DNA of 64,000 bases from an uncultured Bacteroidales bacterium. Lineage in GTDB: Bacteria > Bacteroidota > Bacteroidia > Bacteroidales > UBA4417. The stretch's first letter is position 1; each line of letters opens with the position of its first letter. A program made the translations under genes and the position numbers. The notes under the pieces are model-generated. The model was given only the letters and a program-made list of their open reading frames with translations, was not told the origin of the DNA and did no database searches. Positions 1-9,185 of the stretch are shown here, piece after piece. The stretch spans positions 6,837 to 70,836 of the forward strand of contig CAIPFN010000211.1 in the NCBI GenBank assembly GCA_903864265.1. The letters are read 5' to 3'.

Positions 1-40
1 TCCAGTCGGCCTAATGTTCTAAGGAAAATCCCGGCACATA

Positions 41-73
41 AAAAAGGTGGCAACGGAAGTACCCGTGCCACCT
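41..73 (-). terminator. Intrinsic terminator candidate after the RND pump gene
   Basis: Stem AGGTGGCA (45-52) pairs with TGCCACCT (66-73), plus inner CGG/CCG pairs. On the minus strand the hairpin is followed by TTTTT (complement of A41-A45). It lies about 20 nt past the TAG stop at 94-96. Confidence 0.55.
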
Positions 74-93
74 CTTAATGAATCTATTGCTAA

Positions 94-3000
94 CTAATCT
101 TTTTCAACGATCATTTTATTGGATTTCCTCCTTTTCAGCCTGATCTTCATCTCATAGGCAATAATATACATTGCCGGAACGAATATCAGGGTCAGGAATG
201 TTGCGAAACTAAGCCCGAAAATGATAGTCCAGGAGAGCGGCCCCCAGAACATTACATTGTCGCCACCGATGTGAATCTGCGGGTTGAGCTGGGTAAACAT
301 GGTGGTGAAATTGAGGTTAAACCCGACGGCAAGTGGTACCAGTCCCAAGATAGTAGCCGTAGCGGTAAGTATAACCGGTGTGATACGGGTTTTACCAGCC
401 TGAATGATGGCTTCGCGGGTTTTCATGCCACGCTCTCTCAAGGTGTCAATGAACTCCACAATCAATATCCCGTTTCGCACCACTATCCCTCCCAGTGCCA
501 CAATACCTAAACCGGTCATAATAATAGAGATGGACATGTTGAAAATCACTATGCCCAGCAGCACACCAATGACGCTGAAAATGACTTCACTCAGTATGAT
601 TAAAGTCTTGCTCAGGGAGTTGAACTGGGTGATGAGGATAAAGAAGATAAGCCCTATGGCGATAAGCATGGCTTTACCAAGGAAGGCAGATGTTTCGGCC
701 TGGTCTTCCTGTTCCCCGGTAAGTTTAATCTGAACACCTTCGTGCAATGGGAAATCGGCTGACAGTTTTTTCACCTGGGCTACTATTTCGTTGGCGGTAT
801 AACCTGTTAACACACCACTCGAAAGGGTAATGATCCTTTTCAGGTTCTGGCGCTTGATACCTCCATATGAGTCGACATAATCGATGGTGGCTATTGACGA
901 CAAAGGGATTTGCCTCAACAGGCCGGAATTCATGTCGCGGTAGGTGATTTTCAGGTTGATCAGGTTGTTGATATTTTGCCGGGTTTCGAGTGAATACCTG
1001 AGTTGTATAGGGAATTCGTCTTCATCCATTTTATATTTGGATACTTCTTTGCCTAATACGGCATTGTTAAGTTCCAAAGCTATGGTCCGGGTCGAGATTC
1101 CTTCGTGGTTGGCCCGAACCCGGTCAATATTCACGGCAATTTCGGGTTTGTTTTCCTGGAAGTCGCTCTTGAGTTCCTCAATTCCCGGTATCTGAAGCGA
1201 GTCCAGGTAGTTTTTGAACGCACCGGCATCGGCAATAAGTTCCGGCAGGTTCTCCCCGGTAATCTCTATATTAACCGGTTTCCCGGTCGGGGGACCTGAA
1301 CGGTTCTTTTCCGTGGATATTTCTGCTCCCGGTATCCCTTTTACTTCCTTGCGGATCATGCCAAGGTACTCGGTGGTATTAATGCCAATCCGGTTCTTAT
1401 ATTCCACGAAGTTAACGGTAACCTTTCCTTTTTCGGCACTGAGGGAACGGCTGAAATCCATATCGTCGCCGGCACCCAGGGCGATGTTGGTAATGACCGA
1501 TTCCACATCCGGGTTGTTTTTGCCCAGTACTTTTATCACCCTTTGTTCCACGATACGGGTTACCGAGTCGGTTATCTTCTGGTCGGTTCCAACGGGCATT
1601 TTAACCCTCACGTTAATGCTGTTCGGCATATTATCGGGGAAAAACAGTACTTTAGGGTTACGAACACCTGTGGCAATAAACGTCAGAATCAGCAATGCCA
1701 CAACGCTTACCAGCAGTATCCAGGGGTTTTTGCCCCGAATGGCCAAACGGAGTTGCTTTTCGTACATCCGCATGAACCATGGCCAGGCGGTTTCCTGCCA
1801 CCATTTGATATAGGGCTTCAGCAGGGTGTGGAAAAATAGCACCAGCAAGGCTACAAATACAAAGAAATTCCCTATGCCGAAAGCCGATTCGCTGTGATTT
1901 GATGCATAGAAAACATAGCTGACCAGTGCCAGGGCCAGGGCAATCAGTATTTCAATCAGCATCCGTTTCCTGAATTTCCTTTTATCCGGCGCATCGAATT
2001 CATGTTTCATAAATGAAACAGCGAAAACAGGGTTGATGATATAGGCTACAAACAGAGAGGCGAAAAGGGTAATAATCAGCGTTACCGGTATGTAGAACAT
2101 GAATTTACCCACTATGCCCGGCCAGAAAGCCAGAGGGAAGAAGGGTGCCAGGGTGGTGAGCGTACCGGATAAAATCGGGAGGAACACCTCCCCTGCCGCC
2201 TGCTTGGCCGCAAGGATAATATTGGGTTGTTTCTGGTGGGTACGGTGAATATTTTCAATCACCACAATGGCATCATCCACCACAATCCCCAGGGCAAAGA
2301 TCAACCCGAACATCACAATCATGTTCATGGTAAATCCAAGCGCAGGCATAATCATAAAGGCAATGGCCATGGAAAGCGGAACGGCGAGTCCAACAAAGAA
2401 TGCATTGGTTAATCCCATGAAAAACATGAGCACCAGGGTAACCAGTATCATACCGATAATGATGGTGTTGTTGAGTTCTTCGAGGGTGTTCCGGGTATAA
2501 CGCGACTGTTCACCGGTTAGGGTTACCTTCAGGTCCTTGGGGAAGTCCTTCTTAATGAGGTCCTCTTTCAGGATAGTCTTGATTTTATCAGAGGCTTCCA
2601 GCAGGTTCTTGCCGCTTTTCTTCACCACGTTGAGGGTAATTACGTTTTGGCCGTTGAGCCTCGAAAAGCTTTCCTGTTCTTTAAAGGTGTCTTTAACTTC
2701 AGCTACATCTTTCAGGTAAACCACAGCTCCGCTTCCCGATTTGATGACAATATTACGTATGACTTCTATATCCTTGAATTGTCCCTGTATGCGAATGGAC
2801 CTTTTCATGCCGAAAGTAGTAATGTTACCGGCCGAAATAGTTAGGTTCTCCGATGCAATGGCATTCCCGATGTCGGACAAGGTAATACTCGAAGCCTGGG
2901 CTTTATACATATCCACGTTGATCTGGATTTCGCGTTCCAGGGCTCCCACTATATCAACCCGGGTGATTTCATTCAGCGACTCAATACGGTCCTGGGCCAC

Positions 3001-3498
3001 GTCAGCATATTTTTTGAGCTGGTCCAGGTCGTAATTCCCCGAAATCTGGATATACATAATGGGTATTTCCGAGAAATCTATATCCATTACATTAGGATCG
3101 GCGGGCAGATTGTTCGGAAGGTCGGATTTGCTTTTATCCACGGCATCTTTCACGCGTTGTTTTGCATCAGGTACCTTCACATCGGTATTGAACTCAATGG
3201 CGATGGATGAGAAATCCTGCAGCGAATTGCTGGTGATTTTCTTAACCCCGTTAATCCCTTTCAATTGTTTTTCAATAGGCCGGGTCACCAGGTTCTCCAT
3301 ATCCTCGGGTGAGGTGCCGGGATAAACCGTATTGACAAGAATAGTGGGGATCACAATTTCCGGGAACTGCTCCTTGGGGATACTGCGGTAGCTGCTGATG
3401 CCCAGCAAGGTGATAAAAACCGCCAGCACGTATATACTGGTTTTATTATCAATGGCCCAGCTGGTCGCAAAAAATTCTTTGAAATTATTTTTCTTCAT
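94..3498 (-). CDS. RND (HAE1/AcrB-type) multidrug efflux permease
   Basis: 1134-aa ORF with two blocks of hydrophobic segments separated by large periplasmic loops. Contains the conserved ALGIVVDDAIVVIENI segment. It is the last gene of a co-directional TetR-OMF-MFP-RND string. Confidence 0.95.
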   Translation of the reverse strand: MKKNNFKEFFATSWAIDNKTSIYVLAVFITLLGISSYRSIPKEQFPEIVIPTILVNTVYPGTSPEDMENLVTRPIEKQLKGINGVKKITSNSLQDFSSIAIEFNTDVKVPDAKQRVKDAVDKSKSDLPNNLPADPNVMDIDFSEIPIMYIQISGNYDLDQLKKYADVAQDRIESLNEITRVDIVGALEREIQINVDMYKAQASSITLSDIGNAIASENLTISAGNITTFGMKRSIRIQGQFKDIEVIRNIVIKSGSGAVVYLKDVAEVKDTFKEQESFSRLNGQNVITLNVVKKSGKNLLEASDKIKTILKEDLIKKDFPKDLKVTLTGEQSRYTRNTLEELNNTIIIGMILVTLVLMFFMGLTNAFFVGLAVPLSMAIAFMIMPALGFTMNMIVMFGLIFALGIVVDDAIVVIENIHRTHQKQPNIILAAKQAAGEVFLPILSGTLTTLAPFFPLAFWPGIVGKFMFYIPVTLIITLFASLFVAYIINPVFAVSFMKHEFDAPDKRKFRKRMLIEILIALALALVSYVFYASNHSESAFGIGNFFVFVALLVLFFHTLLKPYIKWWQETAWPWFMRMYEKQLRLAIRGKNPWILLVSVVALLILTFIATGVRNPKVLFFPDNMPNSINVRVKMPVGTDQKITDSVTRIVEQRVIKVLGKNNPDVESVITNIALGAGDDMDFSRSLSAEKGKVTVNFVEYKNRIGINTTEYLGMIRKEVKGIPGAEISTEKNRSGPPTGKPVNIEITGENLPELIADAGAFKNYLDSLQIPGIEELKSDFQENKPEIAVNIDRVRANHEGISTRTIALELNNAVLGKEVSKYKMDEDEFPIQLRYSLETRQNINNLINLKITYRDMNSGLLRQIPLSSIATIDYVDSYGGIKRQNLKRIITLSSGVLTGYTANEIVAQVKKLSADFPLHEGVQIKLTGEQEDQAETSAFLGKAMLIAIGLIFFILITQFNSLSKTLIILSEVIFSVIGVLLGIVIFNMSISIIMTGLGIVALGGIVVRNGILIVEFIDTLRERGMKTREAIIQAGKTRITPVILTATATILGLVPLAVGFNLNFTTMFTQLNPQIHIGGDNVMFWGPLSWTIIFGLSFATFLTLIFVPAMYIIAYEMKIRLKRRKSNKMIVEKD

Positions 3499-3543
3499 AA
3501 TATTATCTCAATTTAATTAAATGGCAAAATCAAGCGTTCTACT

Positions 3544-4665
3544 CTAGTTCACCTGTATAAGTTCACCATCCAAAAGGTTGTTGTAACCCGAGGTTATAAT
3601 TTTTTCGCCGGCAGCTATTCCCCCGGTTATTTCAGCCAGCCCGTTATAGGTGCTTCCAACGGTAACAGGGAGCCTGCGTGCCACCAACCGGCCTTTTTCT
3701 TCTTTGGCTACGTAGATATATTTACCGGTCTGGGTCTCACGGATCAGCATGACCGGTACCGTGAATGCCGACGGGTTCCGGTAATCGTTTATTTTAACCA
3801 CGGCCATCATATTGGCCCTGTATTCGACCTTACTGGGACCTAAACGTACTTCACTTATAAAAGTGCGGTTCACCGGGTTGATGTATTTGCTGGTAAACCG
3901 AATCTGTGAAACAATTTCTGTATTGAAATCAGGAAATGAAACAATCACCTTGTTGCCCGGTTTCACCCGTGGAGCATAGGCTTCGGCTATTTCAGCCACT
4001 ACTTTCACAGTCGAAAAATTAACAACGCGTACGGCAGGCAGACCGGGTGAAGCCATCTGTCCGACTTTCAGGTTCACTTCTTCAACGCTTCCGTTGATAG
4101 GCGATTTGATGCGGGTCATTTCAAGTTGATCATTCAGGGTTGCCAGGGCTTTTTCGAGGTTTTCCCTGGTGTTTTTTGAAGTCAGGTATTGAACTTCGCT
4201 TCCGATCTGTTTATCCCAGAGTGCTTTTTGCTTCGCATAGAGATTGGTGGCAAAATCGAGTTGCTGCTTAGTGCTTGCAATCTGCTGCTGCATTACGGAA
4301 TTATCAATCTGAGCCAAAACCTGGCCTTTGTGAACAGGATCACCTTCTTTAACGTACACGGCAGTAATGGCTCCCGCCATCTGGGCCGAAACGGCAATAT
4401 TGTCTTCCCCGTCCACTTTTCCCTGAACTTCCAGGTAGTGGTTGAATTCGGCAGGTTTTGCTTCGGTTACAGCCACGCTGGTAACCTTACTTACTTTGGT
4501 GGTATCGTTTACCTGTAATTCGGTTTCGAGCGTTTTAATCTTAACAGCCAATTCGTCGTGCTGCTTTATCAGCCCGGCAAGTTCGGATTTTTTATCGGCA
4601 GGTTTGCTGCAGGCCGCCAAAAGCAGGAACAGGCTAAGACTGATGTATAAGAGATTGTTTTTCAT
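3544..4665 (-). CDS. RND efflux periplasmic adaptor (MFP, HlyD/AcrA family) lipoprotein
   Basis: 373 aa with a lipoprotein signal (LFLLLAACSK). A coiled-coil hairpin region is followed by beta-rich segments typical of membrane fusion proteins. It ends 45 nt upstream of the pump gene. Confidence 0.9.
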   Translation of the reverse strand: MKNNLLYISLSLFLLLAACSKPADKKSELAGLIKQHDELAVKIKTLETELQVNDTTKVSKVTSVAVTEAKPAEFNHYLEVQGKVDGEDNIAVSAQMAGAITAVYVKEGDPVHKGQVLAQIDNSVMQQQIASTKQQLDFATNLYAKQKALWDKQIGSEVQYLTSKNTRENLEKALATLNDQLEMTRIKSPINGSVEEVNLKVGQMASPGLPAVRVVNFSTVKVVAEIAEAYAPRVKPGNKVIVSFPDFNTEIVSQIRFTSKYINPVNRTFISEVRLGPSKVEYRANMMAVVKINDYRNPSAFTVPVMLIRETQTGKYIYVAKEEKGRLVARRLPVTVGSTYNGLAEITGGIAAGEKIITSGYNNLLDGELIQVN

Positions 4666-4716
4666 ATTCGGTTATATTTTGATTTATTTTTTACTTAAAA
4701 AAGGGTTTAACAGTAT

Positions 4717-6120
4717 TTAATTGCTCAGGAGTTTTTCCAGTTTATTTTTCGAAACCAGTAAGGTATATAAGGATGTAAAGTAATTTTTCTGTGCGCTGAG
4801 ATATTGGTTCTGAGCGTTGGTAAGGTCCATACTTGAGGAAAGGCCTTCCTTATATTTAATCAGGGTTTTGTCATAAATCCTGCTGGTAAGTTCAATGTTG
4901 CGTTTCTCGTTCACAAACTGGTCGTAGGCCGAATTAAAGGTATTACGCGAATTTATAAACTCGAGTTCCAATCCATTGGCTACATTTGATTTGGCATTCC
5001 GTATCTTTTCCAGTTCCATTTCCCTTTGCTGAACCATCACATTGCGCATTCCACTCGAAAAGATCGGGACATTCAGCGACAGACCGGCCATGTCCTTCAT
5101 TGTAAAATCAATACCAGCCTGTTTTAGGTTTTCGGTATGCTTGTAAAATGCAGCCAGCGAAGGCAGGTAGGCACTCTTTTGCCTTTTCAGGTTTAACATA
5201 CCGGCTGCTTCCTGGTTTTCCATAATTTTATAGGTAATATGGTTTTGAACCTGGAACTGTTTTGATGTAATTGAAACTATATCTGCCAACACAATAACAT
5301 CTTCAAGGTTATCGGTAAGTGTAACCGTATTTTCAAAAGGAAGTCCAATCTGAAACTTAAGCAGGTCATACGATGCGGCTATTTGATTATCAATCGAACG
5401 GATGCCATTTTCAAGGGTGTTCACGGTAAGTTCCAACTGATCAAGGTCTGTATTTTCAATAAATCCCTGCTTGTTCATCTCTCTCATATCCGAAAGAGTT
5501 TTGGTGACATTAGCCAGCGATTGGGTAAGAATGCCCTTATTTTGTTCCATTAAAAGGACCAGGAAATAAGTATTCGCCACTGATTCTTTTACGTCGGCTA
5601 TAGTCGAGATCAGGCTGTTTTGCGATATCTGGTAGAATACTTTCGTAGCCTGGAGTCCCACAATGTATTCGCCACTGAAAACCAGCTGCGATACATTGAA
5701 ATTAATGGTGGCATTATCTTTTACGCCTAATGGGATGGGAGCACCCGCAAAATAATTCTGAAAAATAGAATCGGTACCGGCGCCGGTTGGTACGGCAGCA
5801 ATAGTTTGCCCTTCCCTTTTGTTTGAAATTATGGAGGTTCCGCCAAAGTTCAGTTCAGGCACAACAAATAAGTGGGTGTAGGTTCCCGAAGCACTTACCT
5901 GGGGCAAGCCGGTAGCTTTAGTTTCCCAGATTTTCTTTTCAGCCATCCTGATATCCAGCTGTGCATTCTTCATACTGCTGTTATTCTGCAGGGCATACTC
6001 CTGGGCTTGTTTCAGGCTAAAGGTGTTAGTGACTGCCTTATTATCCTGTGCCAGGGCTGACATCTGCAAAGCAAACAACAGGAATGCTGCTAACAGGGTA
6101 GTAATGATTGGTAATTTCAT
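4717..6120 (-). CDS. TolC-family outer membrane efflux protein
   Basis: 467 aa with a signal peptide ending ALAQD and an internally duplicated helical/beta pattern typical of OMF proteins. It sits between the TetR and MFP genes. Confidence 0.88.
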   Translation of the reverse strand: MKLPIITTLLAAFLLFALQMSALAQDNKAVTNTFSLKQAQEYALQNNSSMKNAQLDIRMAEKKIWETKATGLPQVSASGTYTHLFVVPELNFGGTSIISNKREGQTIAAVPTGAGTDSIFQNYFAGAPIPLGVKDNATINFNVSQLVFSGEYIVGLQATKVFYQISQNSLISTIADVKESVANTYFLVLLMEQNKGILTQSLANVTKTLSDMREMNKQGFIENTDLDQLELTVNTLENGIRSIDNQIAASYDLLKFQIGLPFENTVTLTDNLEDVIVLADIVSITSKQFQVQNHITYKIMENQEAAGMLNLKRQKSAYLPSLAAFYKHTENLKQAGIDFTMKDMAGLSLNVPIFSSGMRNVMVQQREMELEKIRNAKSNVANGLELEFINSRNTFNSAYDQFVNEKRNIELTSRIYDKTLIKYKEGLSSSMDLTNAQNQYLSAQKNYFTSLYTLLVSKNKLEKLLSN

Positions 6121-6123
6121 AGA

Positions 6124-6744
6124 TCAGATATTGTTGTTTAACAAATTAGTTTGTTTTTCATAATAGGCAAGTCCTTCGGCATTGGCAATTCCGCGGATGT
6201 GGTTGTCGAACATGACCTGGAATACTTTTTCGAAGCCAAAATTTACAGATGACAGAAATTCAGGATCATGAACATCAACCAGTTTCTGGATATAGAGCCT
6301 GGCAACCAGGTCAATATCCAGGTCGTTGCGGTAAATCCCTTCGGCAATTCCCTGTGCAAAGTTTTGTTTTACCTGCTCAAAAACATGGTCGCGTTTCTTG
6401 ATGACAAATTCACGAAAAATCACCGGGTAGTATTTCTGCAGTTCATAGGCATTCACGGGGTTCAGATCCTGCATTTGCTTGCTCACATTCCGGCTCACAG
6501 CCAAAAGCACATCAATGGCATTCATCCCCTTTTCTTCTTCCCTGAGGCAGACCATACTTTCTTTCTGCAACATAAAATTGAGAACCATTTCAACCAGCTC
6601 CGATTTATTGGCTACAACCTGGTAAATCGTTTTTTTCGACATGCCCAGTTCCTTGGCTATATCGTCCATGGATATGCTGCGGATACCATATTTCTTGAAG
6701 AGTTGCAGGCTCACAGAGAGTATGCGTTCAACTTTCTCGTCCAT
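6124..6744 (-). CDS. TetR/AcrR-family transcriptional regulator
   Basis: N-terminal HTH (SMDDIAKELGMSKKTIYQVVANKSEL). Its stop lies 3 nt from the TolC start. I place the start at ATG 6744 (MDEKVERIL) rather than 6804 because a TAATTTTG -7 box falls inside the longer extension. Confidence 0.85.
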   Translation of the reverse strand: MDEKVERILSVSLQLFKKYGIRSISMDDIAKELGMSKKTIYQVVANKSELVEMVLNFMLQKESMVCLREEEKGMNAIDVLLAVSRNVSKQMQDLNPVNAYELQKYYPVIFREFVIKKRDHVFEQVKQNFAQGIAEGIYRNDLDIDLVARLYIQKLVDVHDPEFLSSVNFGFEKVFQVMFDNHIRGIANAEGLAYYEKQTNLLNNNI

Positions 6745-6764
6745 TATTTTGTTTTTGCGAACTG

Positions 6765-6798
6765 CAAAATTAAAGTATTTAGAAACACGGGAAACAAA
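6765..6798 (-). promoter_or_regulatory. Bacteroidota-type promoter for the efflux operon (-33 TTTG, -7 TAATTTTG)
   Basis: The minus strand reads TTTG (6798-6795), a 22-nt spacer, TAATTTTG (6772-6765), then 20 nt to ATG 6744. This matches the published TTTG / TAnnTTTG consensus of Bacteroidota sigma-A promoters. Confidence 0.5.
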
Positions 6799-6825
6799 AT
6801 ACATATAAAATGTTTCCGTCGTTTC
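6782..6825. promoter_or_regulatory. Dyad-symmetric candidate operator overlapping the -33 region
   Basis: GAAACA cgg GAAACA (6782-6796), then 14 nt, then TGTTTC cgtc GTTTC (6811-6825). The doubled half-sites are in inverted orientation, and the left arm covers the predicted -33 TTTG. Confidence 0.4.
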
Positions 6826-7188
6826 AATGTGTAAAACGTATAAATCGGTTTTATGTTCAGCAAAAGTCGAAACAAATCATTCACCCGGCAACTGAAAAGC
6901 GGTGAAAGCGGGATTTGAAGCGGTGAATACGCAGTAAGGACAGGACGACAAGGCATAGTCGACACATTGCCGAAAGATTAAGGCCGGGATACAAACAGGG
7001 AAGGAGCAAAAGAGGACAGGGAAACAGGCAGAAAGACGAAATGAAAAAGAATTGAGAATTCCAGCAGATTGCCTCCGGAATGAAACCTGCAGCATGATCC
7101 TCTATCTTTTATATCTGTTATATCTGTTGAATGCAAGCAGAACTCCTTCAGCAGGATTCGTACATGTTTTCAACAACTTACCTTTAAA

Positions 7189-8802
7189 TTAAATCCTATG
7201 CTTCCGCTTACGGATGGATTCGGAAATAGTGAGCAGGGCACACAAGGCCGCTACCAGCAGGGAAAAGCGGCCTATATAATCGCCATATTTCACATAAAAG
7301 GTAATCCTGTCATTGGCATTGATCTTCTGCCTGATTGCCGCCGGCACCCAATAGGCGGTACGTTGGCTAATATCACCTCTTTGACTGATAAAGCAGGAAA
7401 TACCGGTATTGGCCGAGCGGGCTATACTTCGCCGGGTTTCGATGGCTCTGATCACCGAAAAGAGCAAATGCTGACGGTGCCCGGCGGTATTACCCCACCA
7501 GCCATCGTTGGTAATCACAAAAATTACATTGGCCCCGTTGAGTATAAAGCGGTTCAAAAATTCGCCGTATACCGATTCATAACAAATGACGGAAGCTATT
7601 TTCAGTTTGTCGTTCACGCGGAATGGAGTTTGGTCAGGATTTACGCCCAGGCTGCCGGTAGTTCCGCCCAGGTTAATGGCGAATTTTTCGAGGAAGGGTA
7701 AAAAACGGATATAGGGCATGATCTCCACCCCGGGTGTAAGTTTTGATTTGTGATATTTCTGCAGGGTGCTGTCGTGGGCTACAAACAGCGCTGTATTGTA
7801 GGAATCGTAATACCGGTCGGCATCCCTGAATTTCCTGGCGCTGGCACTCAGTGTTTCGCCGGGCTCGAAGATTTTCCGCGACGAGATGCCGGTAATGATG
7901 TTCATTCGCTCGTACTTCCTGTTAAACTTCCGTATCCGGGCCAGGCTCGGGGAATGATCAATCTGGTCTTCGAAAATATATTCCTGTATGGCGCTTTCGG
8001 GAAAAACAGCAAAATCGGTGAGGCTGTCCGATTTTTCAGCTGCCAGTGCAAGCATGCGTTCGGTAACCAGGGTAGGATCAAGGTCATACTGCTCGTTATA
8101 CGGATCTATATTCGGCTGTACCACCACTACATCCACAGGGTCAGTTTTCTCGGTGTAGCGATTATACATAACAACGGATATAAGAATGGGGGCTATAAGA
8201 AGCAGCAGGGTGCCGGCCATTCGCAGGCCGACCCTGCGGCTGCAGATTTTAAGCAGTATGCGGTCGCGTACGAAAAAGAAGATCATCACATTCAACGTCA
8301 ATATCCAAAGCGATCCCCCGAAAGTGCCGGTATATTCGTACCATTGAATCCATTTGGGATAAGAGGCAAAACCATTACCCAGGTTGAGCCAGGGGAAATT
8401 CAGGTCCCAGCGGAGATGAACAAATTCGGCGGTAAGCACATAAGCAATTAAGGAGGTGTAAGCAATGGTAACTCCCGAAATGCGGCGATGGGTTATATGA
8501 AACAGGTAGAATGCACCTCCCACCAGGGATGTGTTGACCAGTACGGTAGCAACTATACCTACCGGGGTCGAAATAAACACCCACCAGGTGGTAAGCAGCA
8601 CCCAGGTGGAAACCGTTATTGCCACATAAGGCAGGATGGCGGATGCGTGGTTGTTTTCACGGTTTTTCCATAATTCATACTCCACGATTAAAAGAGGGAC
8701 AAACCCAATAAACAATAAAAAGGGCAAACCTCGTTCGGGCCAGCCGGCACCGAGTAATAATCCCGAGAGTAAAGAAAGAAAAATCTTGTGAATACGTTTC
8801 AT
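7189..8802 (-). CDS. lnt: Apolipoprotein N-acyltransferase
   Basis: 537 aa with an N-terminal multi-TM block followed by a CN-hydrolase domain. Lnt-type triad contexts are present: FPESA (Glu), HKSKLTPGVE (Lys) and VICYESVY (Cys). Confidence 0.9.
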   Translation of the reverse strand: MKRIHKIFLSLLSGLLLGAGWPERGLPFLLFIGFVPLLIVEYELWKNRENNHASAILPYVAITVSTWVLLTTWWVFISTPVGIVATVLVNTSLVGGAFYLFHITHRRISGVTIAYTSLIAYVLTAEFVHLRWDLNFPWLNLGNGFASYPKWIQWYEYTGTFGGSLWILTLNVMIFFFVRDRILLKICSRRVGLRMAGTLLLLIAPILISVVMYNRYTEKTDPVDVVVVQPNIDPYNEQYDLDPTLVTERMLALAAEKSDSLTDFAVFPESAIQEYIFEDQIDHSPSLARIRKFNRKYERMNIITGISSRKIFEPGETLSASARKFRDADRYYDSYNTALFVAHDSTLQKYHKSKLTPGVEIMPYIRFLPFLEKFAINLGGTTGSLGVNPDQTPFRVNDKLKIASVICYESVYGEFLNRFILNGANVIFVITNDGWWGNTAGHRQHLLFSVIRAIETRRSIARSANTGISCFISQRGDISQRTAYWVPAAIRQKINANDRITFYVKYGDYIGRFSLLVAALCALLTISESIRKRKHRI

Positions 8803-8822
8803 GCCTTTTTAAAATTGACTGG

Positions 8823-8852
8823 CAAAGGTAACAATTTGGCAAGCGCTACAAA
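8823..8852 (-). promoter_or_regulatory. Promoter candidate for lnt (-33 TTTG, -7 TACCTTTG)
   Basis: The minus strand reads TTTG (8852-8849), an 18-nt spacer, TACCTTTG (8830-8823), then 20 nt to ATG 8802. Confidence 0.45.
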
Positions 8853-9132
8853 GGGCGGGACTCTATGGTTCCGAAAAAAGGGCAGCAGCTGTCGGCCTGG
8901 TTTTGTTTTAAAATGAAGTATCTCTTCGCAAACTGGCTTCCCGTGAAGAAGCCCGTAGAGGTTCAACGAACCCGGATACCAGCAGCTGTGTAATTTAATA
9001 GAAGTCAATTGGTTGGGTCATAAAATAAATAAGTCATGAAAGCGGCAGCAAAAGATATTTGTGCTTCGAAAACGGCTTAGCGGTTGTCCGGCTTCCGGGT
9101 TAAATGGCAGGCGGCATGTGTATAAATTACAA

Positions 9133-9156
9133 GTGGCTGCCATTTCTGGCAGCCAC
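9133..9156 (-). terminator. Terminator hairpin after the carboxyltransferase gene
   Basis: Perfect 10-bp stem GTGGCTGCCA / TGGCAGCCAC with loop TTTC, 30 nt past the stop at 9186. The minus-strand trailing sequence TTGTAATTTATA is only a weak U-tract. Confidence 0.5.
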
Positions 9157-9185
9157 AGGAACACTAACAAAACAAACATTTATAC

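Noticed and set aside
8799-9008. 69-aa minus-strand ORF overlapping the lnt start, and ORFs 6744..6965 and 6877..7095.
   Set aside because: They span promoter or low-complexity intergenic DNA. Their translations are Pro/Leu/Cys/Phe-rich with no structure-like pattern.
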